A DNA stretch of 62,412 nucleotides, filler included, from an uncultured Planctomycetales bacterium (GTDB taxonomy: Bacteria; Omnitrophota; Gorgyraeia; Gygaellales; Profunditerraquicolaceae): assembly GCA_964487475.1 (NCBI GenBank). It is 5 parts of 5 records of this genome, joined end to end, with 100 filler letters (N's around TTAATTAATTAA, not from the genome) between each part and the next. Parts side by side here need not be neighbours in the genome. Positions count along the whole stretch, not along the records: positions 32,048 to 46,654 come from CAZAPM010000024.1; positions 46,755 to 58,855 come from CAZAPM010000026.1; 3 more parts are not named here. One strand, written 5' to 3'. The position numbers and the translations under genes were made by a program. Below are positions 42,837-51,919 of the stretch, piece by piece. Positions within the stretch are counted from its first letter, which is position 1; every line of letters begins with the position of its first letter. The notes under the pieces were generated by a model. It was given only the letters and a program-made list of their open reading frames with translations. It did not search any database and was not told the DNA's origin.

Positions 42837-43013
42837 ATGACAGTATTGGGGATTCAGGATCCGGCGATCTGGTCCGTCTATCTGCTTTGCATCTTGAGCG
42901 CAGCGGGGTGTTTTGTCTACGGCGTGGCTAACTGGAACAAGGGCGACGATGCGATCTACCCGGAAGACATCAAATGGGTCAGGGACGAAAAAGCCGCCGA
43001 TGAGCAGCTGTAA
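42837..43013 (+). CDS. Small membrane accessory protein of sodium:solute symporter (58 aa)
   Basis: AAGGAGG RBS at 42824-42830; MTVLGIQDPAIWSVYLLCILSAAGCFVYGVANWNKG...; one TM helix; directly upstream of the SSS gene; below the ORF-track length cutoff. Confidence 0.85.
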   Translation: MTVLGIQDPAIWSVYLLCILSAAGCFVYGVANWNKGDDAIYPEDIKWVRDEKAADEQL

Positions 43014-43034
43014 CCTCAAAGAAGGAGAATAGTG

Positions 43035-44636
43035 ATGAGCAATATGCTTCTACTGACCGTGATCGTGGTCATCTATCTGTTCATGATCGGCTACCTCGGG
43101 TATTTCGGGTATCGCCGCACTAAAACTACGCTCGATTACCTGGTGGCGGGCCGCAACGTGCATCCCGTGGTCATGGCCTTGTCCTACGGCGCGACCTTCA
43201 TCAGCACCTCCGCGATCGTGGGATTCGGCGGGGTGGCGGCGATGTTCGGGATGGGGCTCTTGTGGCTGACCTTCCTTAATATCGTCATGGGGATCTTTAT
43301 CGCCTTCGTGGTCTTCGGCAAGCGCACCCGCAGGATGGGCCACAACCTAGATGCGCACACCTTCCCGGAGCTTCTGGGAAAGAGGTTCCAGTCTTCCTTT
43401 ATCCAGGGTTTTTGCGGTCTGGTGATATTCTTGTTCATGCCTTTGTATTCGGCCGCCGTCTTGATCGGGGCGGCCAGGTTCCTCGAGACCACCTTTTCCC
43501 CGGCAGTGGACTATAACGTGGCGCTGCTCATCTATACCCTGATCATCAGCGCGTACGTGCTGGCGGGAGGGCTTAAGGCGGTCATGTACACGGATGCCCT
43601 GCAGGGAGCGATCATGTTCGTGGGAATGGCGGTGCTTTTAGTGTACACGTATATCATCCTGGGAGGGGTTTCCTCGGCGCATCAGGCGCTTGCCGGCCTG
43701 GTGGATAAGGTCCCGGCAAAGATGGTGGCAATGGGGCATTTGGGCTGGACAGCCATGCCCAAGCTCGGCTCTCCGCTGTGGTGGACCCTGGTCTCGACCA
43801 TCGTGATGGGGGTAGGCGTCGGCGTGCTCGCGCAGCCGCAGCTGGCAGTGCGTTTCATGACCGTGAAAAGCTCAAAGGAGATCAACCGGGGCGTCGGAGT
43901 GGGAGGGATATTCATCCTGGCGATGACCGGCGTGGCGTTCGTGGTAGGCGCGCTTTCCAACGTGTATTTCATGCAGCATCCGCAGTTCGGCAAGATCGCG
44001 CTCGATGTCGCGGGAGGCAATGCCGATAAGATCATCCCCGCATATATCAACAGCGCGTTTCCCACCTGGTTCATCTATCTTTTCATGCTGACCTTGCTTT
44101 CCGCGGCCATGTCCACCTCGAGCTCGCAGTTCCATACCCTCGGCACGGCCCTGGGCCGGGACTTTTTCGAGAAGGCCGTGTTGAAAGGAAAACAGAGCAA
44201 GTATTCCCTGCTTATCACCAAGTTGGGGATCGTGGCCGGGATCATCGTGACGGTCGTCCTGGGATACAGGCTCCCGGGGAACATCATCGCCATTGCCACG
44301 GCGCTTTTCTTCGGCTTGTGCGCCAGTACGTTCCTGCCGGCGTATATCGGCACTTTGTTCTGGAGAGGCATGACCAGGGCGGGAGCGGTGGCGAGCATGC
44401 TGGTCGGATTCACGGGCACTATGGTGTGGGTGCTCTTCGTGCATCTGAAGGAGTCGGAGGCGATCGGGTTGTGCAAATTCATATTCAATAAGCCGAGCCT
44501 GCTTTCCGCGCCCTGGACCGTGGTCGATCCGATCGTGGTGGTCCTGCCCCTGTCCCTGATCACGGCGGTGCTGGTCAGCCTTTTTACCGCCCGTCCGAAG
44601 CAGGAGCACGTGGCGCTGTGCTTCAAGCATTTCTAG
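43035..44636 (+). CDS. Sodium:solute symporter family protein
   Basis: DYLVAGR, ATFISTSAIVG, GGLKAVMYTD, SAAMST; about 13 TM helices; AAGGAG RBS. Confidence 0.95.
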   Translation: MSNMLLLTVIVVIYLFMIGYLGYFGYRRTKTTLDYLVAGRNVHPVVMALSYGATFISTSAIVGFGGVAAMFGMGLLWLTFLNIVMGIFIAFVVFGKRTRRMGHNLDAHTFPELLGKRFQSSFIQGFCGLVIFLFMPLYSAAVLIGAARFLETTFSPAVDYNVALLIYTLIISAYVLAGGLKAVMYTDALQGAIMFVGMAVLLVYTYIILGGVSSAHQALAGLVDKVPAKMVAMGHLGWTAMPKLGSPLWWTLVSTIVMGVGVGVLAQPQLAVRFMTVKSSKEINRGVGVGGIFILAMTGVAFVVGALSNVYFMQHPQFGKIALDVAGGNADKIIPAYINSAFPTWFIYLFMLTLLSAAMSTSSSQFHTLGTALGRDFFEKAVLKGKQSKYSLLITKLGIVAGIIVTVVLGYRLPGNIIAIATALFFGLCASTFLPAYIGTLFWRGMTRAGAVASMLVGFTGTMVWVLFVHLKESEAIGLCKFIFNKPSLLSAPWTVVDPIVVVLPLSLITAVLVSLFTARPKQEHVALCFKHF

Positions 44637-44665
44637 GGAACTTTTCCGCGCGCGGTGCGGTCTAA
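44637..44665 (+). promoter_or_regulatory. ECF sigma (sigmaE-type) promoter, probably autoregulatory
   Basis: GGAACTT-N16-GTCTAA upstream of the ECF sigma gene. Confidence 0.8.
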
Positions 44666-44684
44666 GTAGGCGGAAGGCACCCAT

Positions 44685-45239
44685 ATGGATGATATCAGTG
44701 CGCAGCTCATAACCGATGCCGCGCAAGGAGATAGAGAGGCGTTTGAGCGGATATACCGTCGCTACAGTTCTTTTGTGTATACTGTGGCGTTGCGTATCAC
44801 TCGCAATGCCGAAGACGCGCAGGAGGTTACCCAGGATGTGTTCATCCGGGTGCACCGCGGTTTGAGAACCTTCCGCTTCCAGTCTTCCTTTAAGACCTGG
44901 GTATACCGTATCGCGGTCAATGCCGCGCTTACGGCGTACCGGCGTGCGTCACGGCACCAGAAGCACAGGGTCGAGGATGAGGAGATCGTGGAGCAGGTCG
45001 CGGTGGCGCCGGCGCAGGCGGACGCGATGGATGCCGGGCAGGTGAAGGCCAGGGTCGAGGCTATGCTGGAGACTTTGCCTGCGGAGCAGAAGGCATGTTT
45101 GATCATGCGTGAGCTGGAGGGGTGCACCTACGATGAGATCGCGTTATCGCTGGGTATCCCTTTGAATACGGTGCGCACCAGGATATTGAGGGCGCGCCGG
45201 GCGTTGTTCGAGGCGGCGGGCAAGGAGGCACGGCCGTGA
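44685..45239 (+). CDS. ECF RNA polymerase sigma factor
   Basis: GD.EAF, DAQEVTQDVF, FKTWVYRIAVN, region 4 LP...YDEIA..LGIPLNTVRTRI.RAR. Confidence 0.95.
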   Translation: MDDISAQLITDAAQGDREAFERIYRRYSSFVYTVALRITRNAEDAQEVTQDVFIRVHRGLRTFRFQSSFKTWVYRIAVNAALTAYRRASRHQKHRVEDEEIVEQVAVAPAQADAMDAGQVKARVEAMLETLPAEQKACLIMRELEGCTYDEIALSLGIPLNTVRTRILRARRALFEAAGKEARP

Positions 45240-45679
45240 AATGTGAAAAAGTCGAAGAGCTGCTTTTGACCGGGTATATGGACGGTGAACTCCCGGTGCA
45301 GGAGAAACAGGCGCTGGAGCGGCATTTGGCGGGATGCGTTTCCTGCAGGGAGTTCTTGCGTCAGTCATCCGCGGTCAAGGGAGCGGCGGCCGGGAAGGGG
45401 TATGTGCAGCCGCCTGCCGAGGTATGGGAGGCGATCCGGGAGCGGCTCGACCGGGTGCCCTGGTGGAAGCGTGTGTGGGTACAACCTCCTTTGCCGGCGT
45501 TCGCCATGTCCATGGCGGTCGTGGCGCTGGTGATAACCGCCGTCTTAGTGCGTCCCGGAGGGGATCCTGTACGCTTTTCCCCGGTCGCGGAGAGCGAGGA
45601 AGCCGCGCTTTTTTCCGATCTGGCGCAGTACGCTTCCGAGACCGATTTCGGCACTTCCCTGGAGGAGTATTTCCTTTAG
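45236..45679 (+). CDS. Zinc-finger anti-sigma factor (zf-HC2) with TM helix
   Basis: C...YMDGEL...HLAGCVSC; downstream hydrophobic helix; GTGA overlap with the sigma gene. Confidence 0.9.
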   Translation: MKCEKVEELLLTGYMDGELPVQEKQALERHLAGCVSCREFLRQSSAVKGAAAGKGYVQPPAEVWEAIRERLDRVPWWKRVWVQPPLPAFAMSMAVVALVITAVLVRPGGDPVRFSPVAESEEAALFSDLAQYASETDFGTSLEEYFL

Positions 45680-45708
45680 GGAACTTTTTACCGGGGCGGA
45701 TCGTCTAA
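45680..45708 (+). promoter_or_regulatory. ECF sigma (sigmaE-type) promoter
   Basis: GGAACTT-N16-GTCTAA upstream of the Spy/CpxP-like gene. Confidence 0.8.
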
Positions 45709-45729
45709 GAGGGTAAAGGGGGTTGAGGC

Positions 45730-46197
45730 ATGAAAAAGAGATTGGTGTGTGGTGCGGCGGTTGTGCTCCTGTTGCTCTTTTCGGCGGCGTATGCCGCGGG
45801 TGACAGGGAAGAGATGTACAAGGACCTGGGGTTGACCGCCGAGCAGCAGGCGAAGATGAAGGAGCTCCGGGAACAGGGAAGGGAAAAGGCCAGGGCATTG
45901 TTCGCGCAGCAGAAGGAAGTGATGGAAAAGCTGCGGGCGGAATTGGAAAAGCCCGGGGCGACCAGGGAGAGCGTCCGGGAGCTCGTCGCACAGGCCAAAG
46001 CGCTGCACGCGCAGGGTTTGGAGCTGCGGCTTGACCGGGTCTTCCAGCTTAAGGAAGTGCTTACCGCGGAGCAGTACGAGAAGTTCCAGAAAAAGATAAA
46101 GGAAAAAGCCGGGAAGTTCCGCGGCCGCCGGTCGAAGAGAGGTATGGGGTCGGGCGAGGGGCAGGGGCCGGGTGACGGTCCGCCGCCGATGGATTAG
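45730..46197 (+). CDS. Spy/CpxP-family periplasmic protein
   Basis: Signal peptide (MKK-hydrophobic-AYA) and two LTxEQ motifs (LGLTAEQQ, VLTAEQY). Confidence 0.85.
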   Translation: MKKRLVCGAAVVLLLLFSAAYAAGDREEMYKDLGLTAEQQAKMKELREQGREKARALFAQQKEVMEKLRAELEKPGATRESVRELVAQAKALHAQGLELRLDRVFQLKEVLTAEQYEKFQKKIKEKAGKFRGRRSKRGMGSGEGQGPGDGPPPMD

Positions 46198-46225
46198 GAT
46201 ACGGCCGGTTACGCGGTTGCATGTC

Positions 46226-46264
46226 GAGGCGTTCTCGAAAAACGGGAGCGCCTCTGTTTTTTTT
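46226..46264 (+). terminator. Intrinsic terminator
   Basis: 12-bp stem GAGGCGTTCTCG/CGGGAGCGCCTC with two G-U pairs, AAAAA loop, followed by TG and a T8 tract. Confidence 0.8.
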
Positions 46265-46272
46265 GGTATAAT
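46264..46272 (+). promoter_or_regulatory. Putative extended -10 promoter, leaderless geometry
   Basis: TGGTATAAT, 6 nt before ATG 46279; no Shine-Dalgarno. Confidence 0.55.
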
Positions 46273-46278
46273 GGTTCC

Positions 46279-46654
46279 ATGAAGAATGATATGGCTGCGC
46301 TCTTTGCGCGGGTCGCTCCCCGGTATGACCTGCTGAACCGGGTCTTAAGCGGGTTTCGGGACAGGGCATGGAGAAGGAGGCTGGTGGCGCTGACCTCTCC
46401 CCGGCCGGGTTCGAAGGTGCTGGATGTGTGTGCCGGTACCGGCGAGGTGGCGCTGGAGTATTGCCGTGTTGACCCGTCCCTGCAGGTGCGGGGGGTGGAT
46501 ATTTCCCGGGAGATGCTGGTGCGGGCAGCGGATAAGGCGGGAAGTCTTCCGCAGTGCGGAGGGGCTGGTTTCGTGCAGGCGGATGCGCAGGCGCTGCCTT
46601 TTCGCGACGGGTACTTCGATACCGCGGTCATGGCGTTCGGTTTGAGGAATATAG
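46279..46654 (+). CDS. ubiE: UbiE/MenG-family methyltransferase (3'-truncated)
   Basis: F..VAPRYDLLN.VLS...D..WR, VLDVCAGTG, DA..LPF.D..FD...AFGLRN. Confidence 0.85.
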
Positions 46655-46754
46655 NNNNNNNNNNNNNNNNNNNNNNNNNNNNNNNNNNNNNNNNNNNNTT
46701 AATTAATTAANNNNNNNNNNNNNNNNNNNNNNNNNNNNNNNNNNNNNNNNNNNN
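46655..46754. other. Artificial contig spacer
   Basis: N44-TTAATTAATTAA-N44. Confidence 0.99.
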
Positions 46755-47041
46755 AGCATCCCGAAGAAGAAATTATCCACCAGCCCGTCATCGTAGACCT
46801 TGGTGGTGTCCTGGCGCGAGTATACCTTGTCGAAGTAGTCCTGCTGGTACTCTTCTTTGAGGGAAAGCCCTTTGGGAAGCAGCGCGTAGATACCCTCATC
46901 GCAGGAGAAGGTGTTCTTGCAGGAATCGCAGGTCAGGGTTCCGGCAGTGCCCTGCTTCAGGGATCCGCTGCAATCCGGGCAGCAGAGAACCGAAAGAGGA
47001 TCAGGGGAGGTCATTACTATTCCTTTTTTTGGTTTGTTCAT
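46755..47041 (-). CDS. Trm112-like zinc-ribbon protein, probably the N-terminus of a methyltransferase (truncated)
   Basis: LCCPDCSGSL...LTCDSC..F...EGI..LL; runs into the gap; start could be 47014. Confidence 0.7.
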
Positions 47042-48567
47042 CGTAACCGTATGAATGAATTGTCGAACAATTTCTTGAGCACCCGCGAGCGTTTCCTAAA
47101 CGACGAGACCCAGACGAAGCAGCGCAGGTCCCAGAGGCATCCGTACCAGCCGGTAGTGACGCGCATCTTGGCCAGAAGGATGAACGGGATCAGGAGGAAA
47201 TACCCGAACCGCAGGTAATCGCGCACCCTTTGGCGGTACAGGAAGACCAGTTTATCGGCATAGGCGGCGAAAAAAGCGTGTTTTTTCTCCACCCACGGGT
47301 ATCTGGCGGTTTTGTAGCTCCTGTAGGGGTCTTTTTCCGGATCGTACTTCTCCGCCCACCCTTCGAAGGTCGAAGGCTCGCTGATATGATACCTGGTTTT
47401 GACCGTTTCGTAAAGCTCCCCTCCGGGGTAAAGCCGGAAATACTGGGGTCCGATGATGAAGGCCTCCCTGTCCTGACGGTGGATAAAGGAGATGAGCCGC
47501 AGGGTGCGCAGGTACTCCTCATACGTCTCTCCGGGCAAACCGATCATGAAGGAGTAATTGCTGTGGATCCGGGGGACTTTTGCCATGGCCCGGATAAGGC
47601 CGTACACCTTTTCCAGCCGGTACCCTTTGTTGAGCATGTCCAGTACCCGCTGGGAGCCGCTTTCCAGCCCGAATTTAAGGGTCTGGCAGTTGATATCCGC
47701 CAGCTCACGGAGCAGATCCAGGTTCACGAAGTTCTCATGGAAATAACTGGCCCGCAGGCTGGTGCGCCATTTGAAGGTAAACCCCTTGCTCCGGTAGGTG
47801 TCTATGAATTCCCGGACCCTGGCCTTGGAGCTGAAAAAGTTCTCATCCCGGAAATAGATCACCCGGCTGCCGTATTTTTCCACGACCCTTTCCGCTTCCC
47901 TCATGAAATCCGCCACCGGGCGGGAGCGCCACGTCTGCTTGACCACGGTGTTGAAGCAGAAGGTGCACCGGAAGGAACAACCCCTGCCGGTCAGTATCTG
48001 GATATATGAAGGAAAGGTCTTGCGCATGGTCTCGGGTACCAGATCATAATCGATGTCGTAAAAACCGATGGGCGGGGCTGCCGGGGTGCGGTATATCCTG
48101 CCTTCCCTTTTGAAGACGAGCCCAGGTACCTTTTCATACTCTTCGCAGCGGTGCACTCCTGTGTGAAGCAGGGTTTCGAGGGTGTGCTCCCCTTCCCCGT
48201 AGGCGACGAAATCGATGTTGCGGTACGCGCAGGTCTGTTCCGGCTGGAGCATGGCATGGGGGCCGCCGAGTATCACTTTGGTCCCTGCCGAAATGCCTTT
48301 GATGAAATCGACGAGCGCTTTGACATAGGCGGTATCGGTGGACATGCAGTAGATACCGATGAGGCCCGCAGGATTGCTCCGGCAGTACTCCCTCACTCCG
48401 TCTTTCACTTCTTCCGGGGAGGAGATGTTGCCGTCTAAGAGGTGCGCCCGGCGACCGGCGATCCGGGTAAGATAACTTCCCAGGGAGACCGTGCCCCAGG
48501 GGAAGCTGTAGCGGTCGAGCCCCTGTGCCGGGTTGATCAGCAGTATGTCCGTTCCCGTCATATTCAT
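47038..48567 (-). CDS. B12-binding radical SAM protein
   Basis: LGGPHA, GEGE, RGCSFRCTFC, FRDENF, GLESGS, IGLPGET. Confidence 0.92.
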   Translation of the reverse strand: MNMTGTDILLINPAQGLDRYSFPWGTVSLGSYLTRIAGRRAHLLDGNISSPEEVKDGVREYCRSNPAGLIGIYCMSTDTAYVKALVDFIKGISAGTKVILGGPHAMLQPEQTCAYRNIDFVAYGEGEHTLETLLHTGVHRCEEYEKVPGLVFKREGRIYRTPAAPPIGFYDIDYDLVPETMRKTFPSYIQILTGRGCSFRCTFCFNTVVKQTWRSRPVADFMREAERVVEKYGSRVIYFRDENFFSSKARVREFIDTYRSKGFTFKWRTSLRASYFHENFVNLDLLRELADINCQTLKFGLESGSQRVLDMLNKGYRLEKVYGLIRAMAKVPRIHSNYSFMIGLPGETYEEYLRTLRLISFIHRQDREAFIIGPQYFRLYPGGELYETVKTRYHISEPSTFEGWAEKYDPEKDPYRSYKTARYPWVEKKHAFFAAYADKLVFLYRQRVRDYLRFGYFLLIPFILLAKMRVTTGWYGCLWDLRCFVWVSSFRKRSRVLKKLFDNSFIRLR

Positions 48568-48574
48568 CGTAGGG

Positions 48575-49990
48575 TCAATGCCGGAGTATCTTCAGTCCGG
48601 CCCTGCACTTGGTTTTTAATTCGGAGAGGGAGCGGATGGCGAAGAGGCGCTTCGCCAGGTAAAGTGGCCGGCTGTAAAATGCCTGGTACGCTTTTTTGAG
48701 CAGTTCGAACATCCTTTCCCTGGGGATATCCTTCTCCCAGTAGCGCACGGTCAGCGGCGCCAGGGGATCCTGCGCGAATTCACGCCAGTAATCGTGGGGG
48801 ATGACCCCTTCCTTGAGGGCGCGCAGATACAATTCCGTGGCGGGAAAGGGAGTGAAGATGGTGATGTGGGCGTAATCCGCCCGGATCCGGCGCAAAAGCG
48901 AGATGGTCTCCCCTACTTCCTTCTCCGTCTCATGGGGGGAGCCGATCATGAAGTAGGCCAGGGTGGATATTCCGGCTTCCTTGGTCATCCGCAGCACTCC
49001 TTCCGCCTGGCTGACGGTGATCCCTTTTTTGAGCTCTTTGAGCACGGCGTCGCTTCCGGATTCGACCCCGTAATGAATGCGGGTGCAGCCGGCCTTTTTC
49101 AGGGCCCGTAACATGGGTGCGTCCACCGTATCCACGCGCGAGCGGATGTCCCAGTCGATGCGCAACCCGCTTTGCAGGATGCGCTCGCAGAGCTGGTGCA
49201 CGCGGGCCTTGTCCACGGTAAAGGTGTCGTCGTACACCAGGATCTCGCCGATCCCGAGGGCCGCGCACTCCTGGAACTCACGGAATACGTTCTCCGCGCT
49301 GCGGGGCCGGAAATTCGTGCCCATGTGCGGCCGGTTGCAGAAAGCGCAGCGGAAAGGGCACCCCCGGGAGGTGAACATGGTGGTGACGATCCTGTGCCGG
49401 GAAAGCACCGACCCGTAGTTTCGGTAACGGATCAGGGTGCGGGCAGGAAAAGGAAGGTCGTCAAGGTTGCGCAGGTACTCTCCCATTCCGGGATAGACCA
49501 GATGCTTCTGCCCGTCCAGGCAGGCGATGTTCTTTTCCCGGGGAACGGTGTTGCCCCGCTGCAGTTCTTTTACCAGCCGGGTGAATGGCTCCTCCCCTTC
49601 ACCCGTGACCGCGTAATCGATGTGTTCCAGTCGCAGGGTCTCCTCAGGATAGATCGTGGCGTGCGGGCCGCCCAGGCAGATCAGGGTGTGCGGCAGGAGC
49701 AGTTTGAGCTCCCGGCAGGTGTAGAGGACGTCGCGCATGGTCATGGTCATGGCGGTAATTCCGACCAGATCGGGTTTTTGCGCGGCCGCGGCCAAGGCGG
49801 TATCTTTGTATGAGAACCCCCGTTCCTGCGCATCGATCACCGAGACGGTGATCCCCTCCTCCTTTTGGAGGCGGGAGGCAAGGTAAAGCAGTCCCAGGGG
49901 CGGATTGATCCCGCGCTCCTCTTTGATGAAGGAGGGGACTTCCGCCTGTATGGTATCGAGTGCCGGTGGATTTATCAGACAGATATGCAT
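48575..49990 (-). CDS. B12-binding radical SAM protein
   Basis: PPLGLLYLA, GGPHAT, GEGE, SRGCPFRCAFC, DDTF, GVESGS. Confidence 0.93.
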   Translation of the reverse strand: MHICLINPPALDTIQAEVPSFIKEERGINPPLGLLYLASRLQKEEGITVSVIDAQERGFSYKDTALAAAAQKPDLVGITAMTMTMRDVLYTCRELKLLLPHTLICLGGPHATIYPEETLRLEHIDYAVTGEGEEPFTRLVKELQRGNTVPREKNIACLDGQKHLVYPGMGEYLRNLDDLPFPARTLIRYRNYGSVLSRHRIVTTMFTSRGCPFRCAFCNRPHMGTNFRPRSAENVFREFQECAALGIGEILVYDDTFTVDKARVHQLCERILQSGLRIDWDIRSRVDTVDAPMLRALKKAGCTRIHYGVESGSDAVLKELKKGITVSQAEGVLRMTKEAGISTLAYFMIGSPHETEKEVGETISLLRRIRADYAHITIFTPFPATELYLRALKEGVIPHDYWREFAQDPLAPLTVRYWEKDIPRERMFELLKKAYQAFYSRPLYLAKRLFAIRSLSELKTKCRAGLKILRH

Positions 49991-50032
49991 GGGAATATGT
50001 ATTGTAATACAAACCAGCGTAAGGAGAAACGG

Positions 50033-51916
50033 TTATTTTGCATTGTCTCTTCGATGCCACATCTCCAGCATCAGGAGGCTCCACAATCTGAAGCTGTGGT
50101 CCCTTTTGCCTAAGGTATGCTCCTTTACCAGGGTGCGCACCGCCTCCGGCTGAAAGTATCCGCGCTTCAGGGACTTCTGATCCAACAGGGTATCTTTCAG
50201 GAAACCGGCCAATTCACCTCTGAACCAGGCGCCTATGGGTACTCCGAATCCCATCTTCCTGCGGCTGAGTACTGCCGGAGGCAGCATATGTTTGAATGCC
50301 TTCTTGAGCAGGTACTTTTTGCAGCCGCCCCGGATTTTCATATGCGCAGGCAGGGACGCGGCGAATTCCATGACCTCGTGGTCGAGCAAGGGGGAACGCG
50401 CTTCCAGGCTGTGCGTCATGGTGGCGATATCGGTCTTTACCAGGAGGTCGTCAGGCAGATACGTGTGCACGTCCAGGTCGAGCACGCGGTCAAGCAGCGT
50501 TCCCGGTTTCTGCAGGAACGGGGTAAAGCGCGCGATATTCAGGCCCGCGTCGATGCTGCGGGCCATCTCGGGCGAATAAAGGGCCTCTTTGCTGCGGTCG
50601 TCGAATATGCTGATCCAGCGCAGGTATCTTTGCGGCCGCTCCAGCGCCGCGGCGTCGAAGAACCGCCGGATATTGCGCAGGCGGTTCTTGGGGTTAAGGG
50701 AATCCGGCAGGCACCGGGAAAGGCGGAACAACCCCTTTTGCATCGGATGCGGCAGGCCTGCCAAAACCTCGGCCGCGCACATGGCCTGGTACCGTTCGTA
50801 TCCGGCGAAGGATTCGTCCCCCCCGTCCCCGTTCAAGGCCACGGTGACCTGCTGCCGGGTGAGCTTGGCGACGTAATACGTGGGGATGCTGGAGGAATCG
50901 GCGTAGGGCTCTCCGTAACGCGCCACCAGCTCCGGGATCACCTCCAGGGCGCGCGGTTTGACTATGAATTCCTGGTGTTCGGTCCCGAAACGGCCGGCTA
51001 CTTCGCGGGCAAAGGCAAGTTCGTCGAACTCCGGGTCATCGAAGCCGATGGAGAAGGTTTTCACCTTGCGGCCCATGAGCGTGCTCATGAGCCCGACAAT
51101 GATGCTGGAATCGACCCCGCCGCTTAAGAACGCGCCCAGCGGAACGTCGCTGTAGAGGCGGATGCGCACCGCTTCTTTCAGTATCCGGGTCAGTTCACGG
51201 CATGCCTCCTCCTCATCGATCTTCGCTTTGGGGACGTAGGAAAGGTCCCAGTAACGCGTAAGCTCCTGTGTGCCTTCTTCGATGGTCAGGGTATGGCCCG
51301 GAGGCAGTTTGAAGACTTCCTGGAAAATGCTCATCGGCGCAGGCACGTATCCGAAGGTCAGATACGCGTCCAGCGCCTGCGGGCTGAAGGTGCGGATGCC
51401 TTTGTCCCCGGCTGAAAGGGATGCGAGCTCCGAGGCAAAACATACCCTCGAACCGTCGATCCGGTACCAGAGGGGTTTCTTGCCAATCCGGTCGCGGGCC
51501 AGCAGCAGCCGGCGGGCCCGCTCATCCCAAAGCGCGAAGGCGAACATCCCCCGCAGATGCTTCACGCAATCCCGGCCGTACTCCTCGTACAGGTGCAGTA
51601 CGGTTTCCGTATCGGATCCCGAGCGGAAGCGGTGGCCTTTTTCCTGCAGTTGCTTTCTCAGGTCGTGGAAATTATATATCTCGCCGTTAAGCACGATCCG
51701 GCAGGACCCGTCCTCGTTGGCCATGGGCTGGTGCCCGGCCGGCGAAAGGTCGATGATGCTTAAGCGCCTATGCCCCAGTCCTGCCCAGGGAGCGTTTTCC
51801 CGAAGGTAAATTCCCTGATCGTCCGGACCGCGGTGGGCCAGCCGGCTGCACATCGCCTCCAGAGTCCCCCGCGCAACCGGCGTTTTGAAATCTATCACCC
51901 CGCATATTCCGCACAT
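50033..51916 (-). CDS. asnB: Asparagine synthase (glutamine-hydrolysing)-family amidotransferase
   Basis: N-terminal MCGICG, HRGPD, RRLSIIDL, NGEIYN, LSGGVDSS, GDGGDE, EAR.PLLD. Confidence 0.96.
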   Translation of the reverse strand: MCGICGVIDFKTPVARGTLEAMCSRLAHRGPDDQGIYLRENAPWAGLGHRRLSIIDLSPAGHQPMANEDGSCRIVLNGEIYNFHDLRKQLQEKGHRFRSGSDTETVLHLYEEYGRDCVKHLRGMFAFALWDERARRLLLARDRIGKKPLWYRIDGSRVCFASELASLSAGDKGIRTFSPQALDAYLTFGYVPAPMSIFQEVFKLPPGHTLTIEEGTQELTRYWDLSYVPKAKIDEEEACRELTRILKEAVRIRLYSDVPLGAFLSGGVDSSIIVGLMSTLMGRKVKTFSIGFDDPEFDELAFAREVAGRFGTEHQEFIVKPRALEVIPELVARYGEPYADSSSIPTYYVAKLTRQQVTVALNGDGGDESFAGYERYQAMCAAEVLAGLPHPMQKGLFRLSRCLPDSLNPKNRLRNIRRFFDAAALERPQRYLRWISIFDDRSKEALYSPEMARSIDAGLNIARFTPFLQKPGTLLDRVLDLDVHTYLPDDLLVKTDIATMTHSLEARSPLLDHEVMEFAASLPAHMKIRGGCKKYLLKKAFKHMLPPAVLSRRKMGFGVPIGAWFRGELAGFLKDTLLDQKSLKRGYFQPEAVRTLVKEHTLGKRDHSFRLWSLLMLEMWHRRDNAK

Positions 51917-51919
51917 AGG

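Noticed and set aside
37810..43013. RiPP cluster (SPASM radical SAM genes with the 58-aa ORF as precursor)
   Set aside because: The small ORF is a membrane peptide tied to the SSS transporter. No RRE, peptidase or exporter is visible, and the context is glycosyltransferases.
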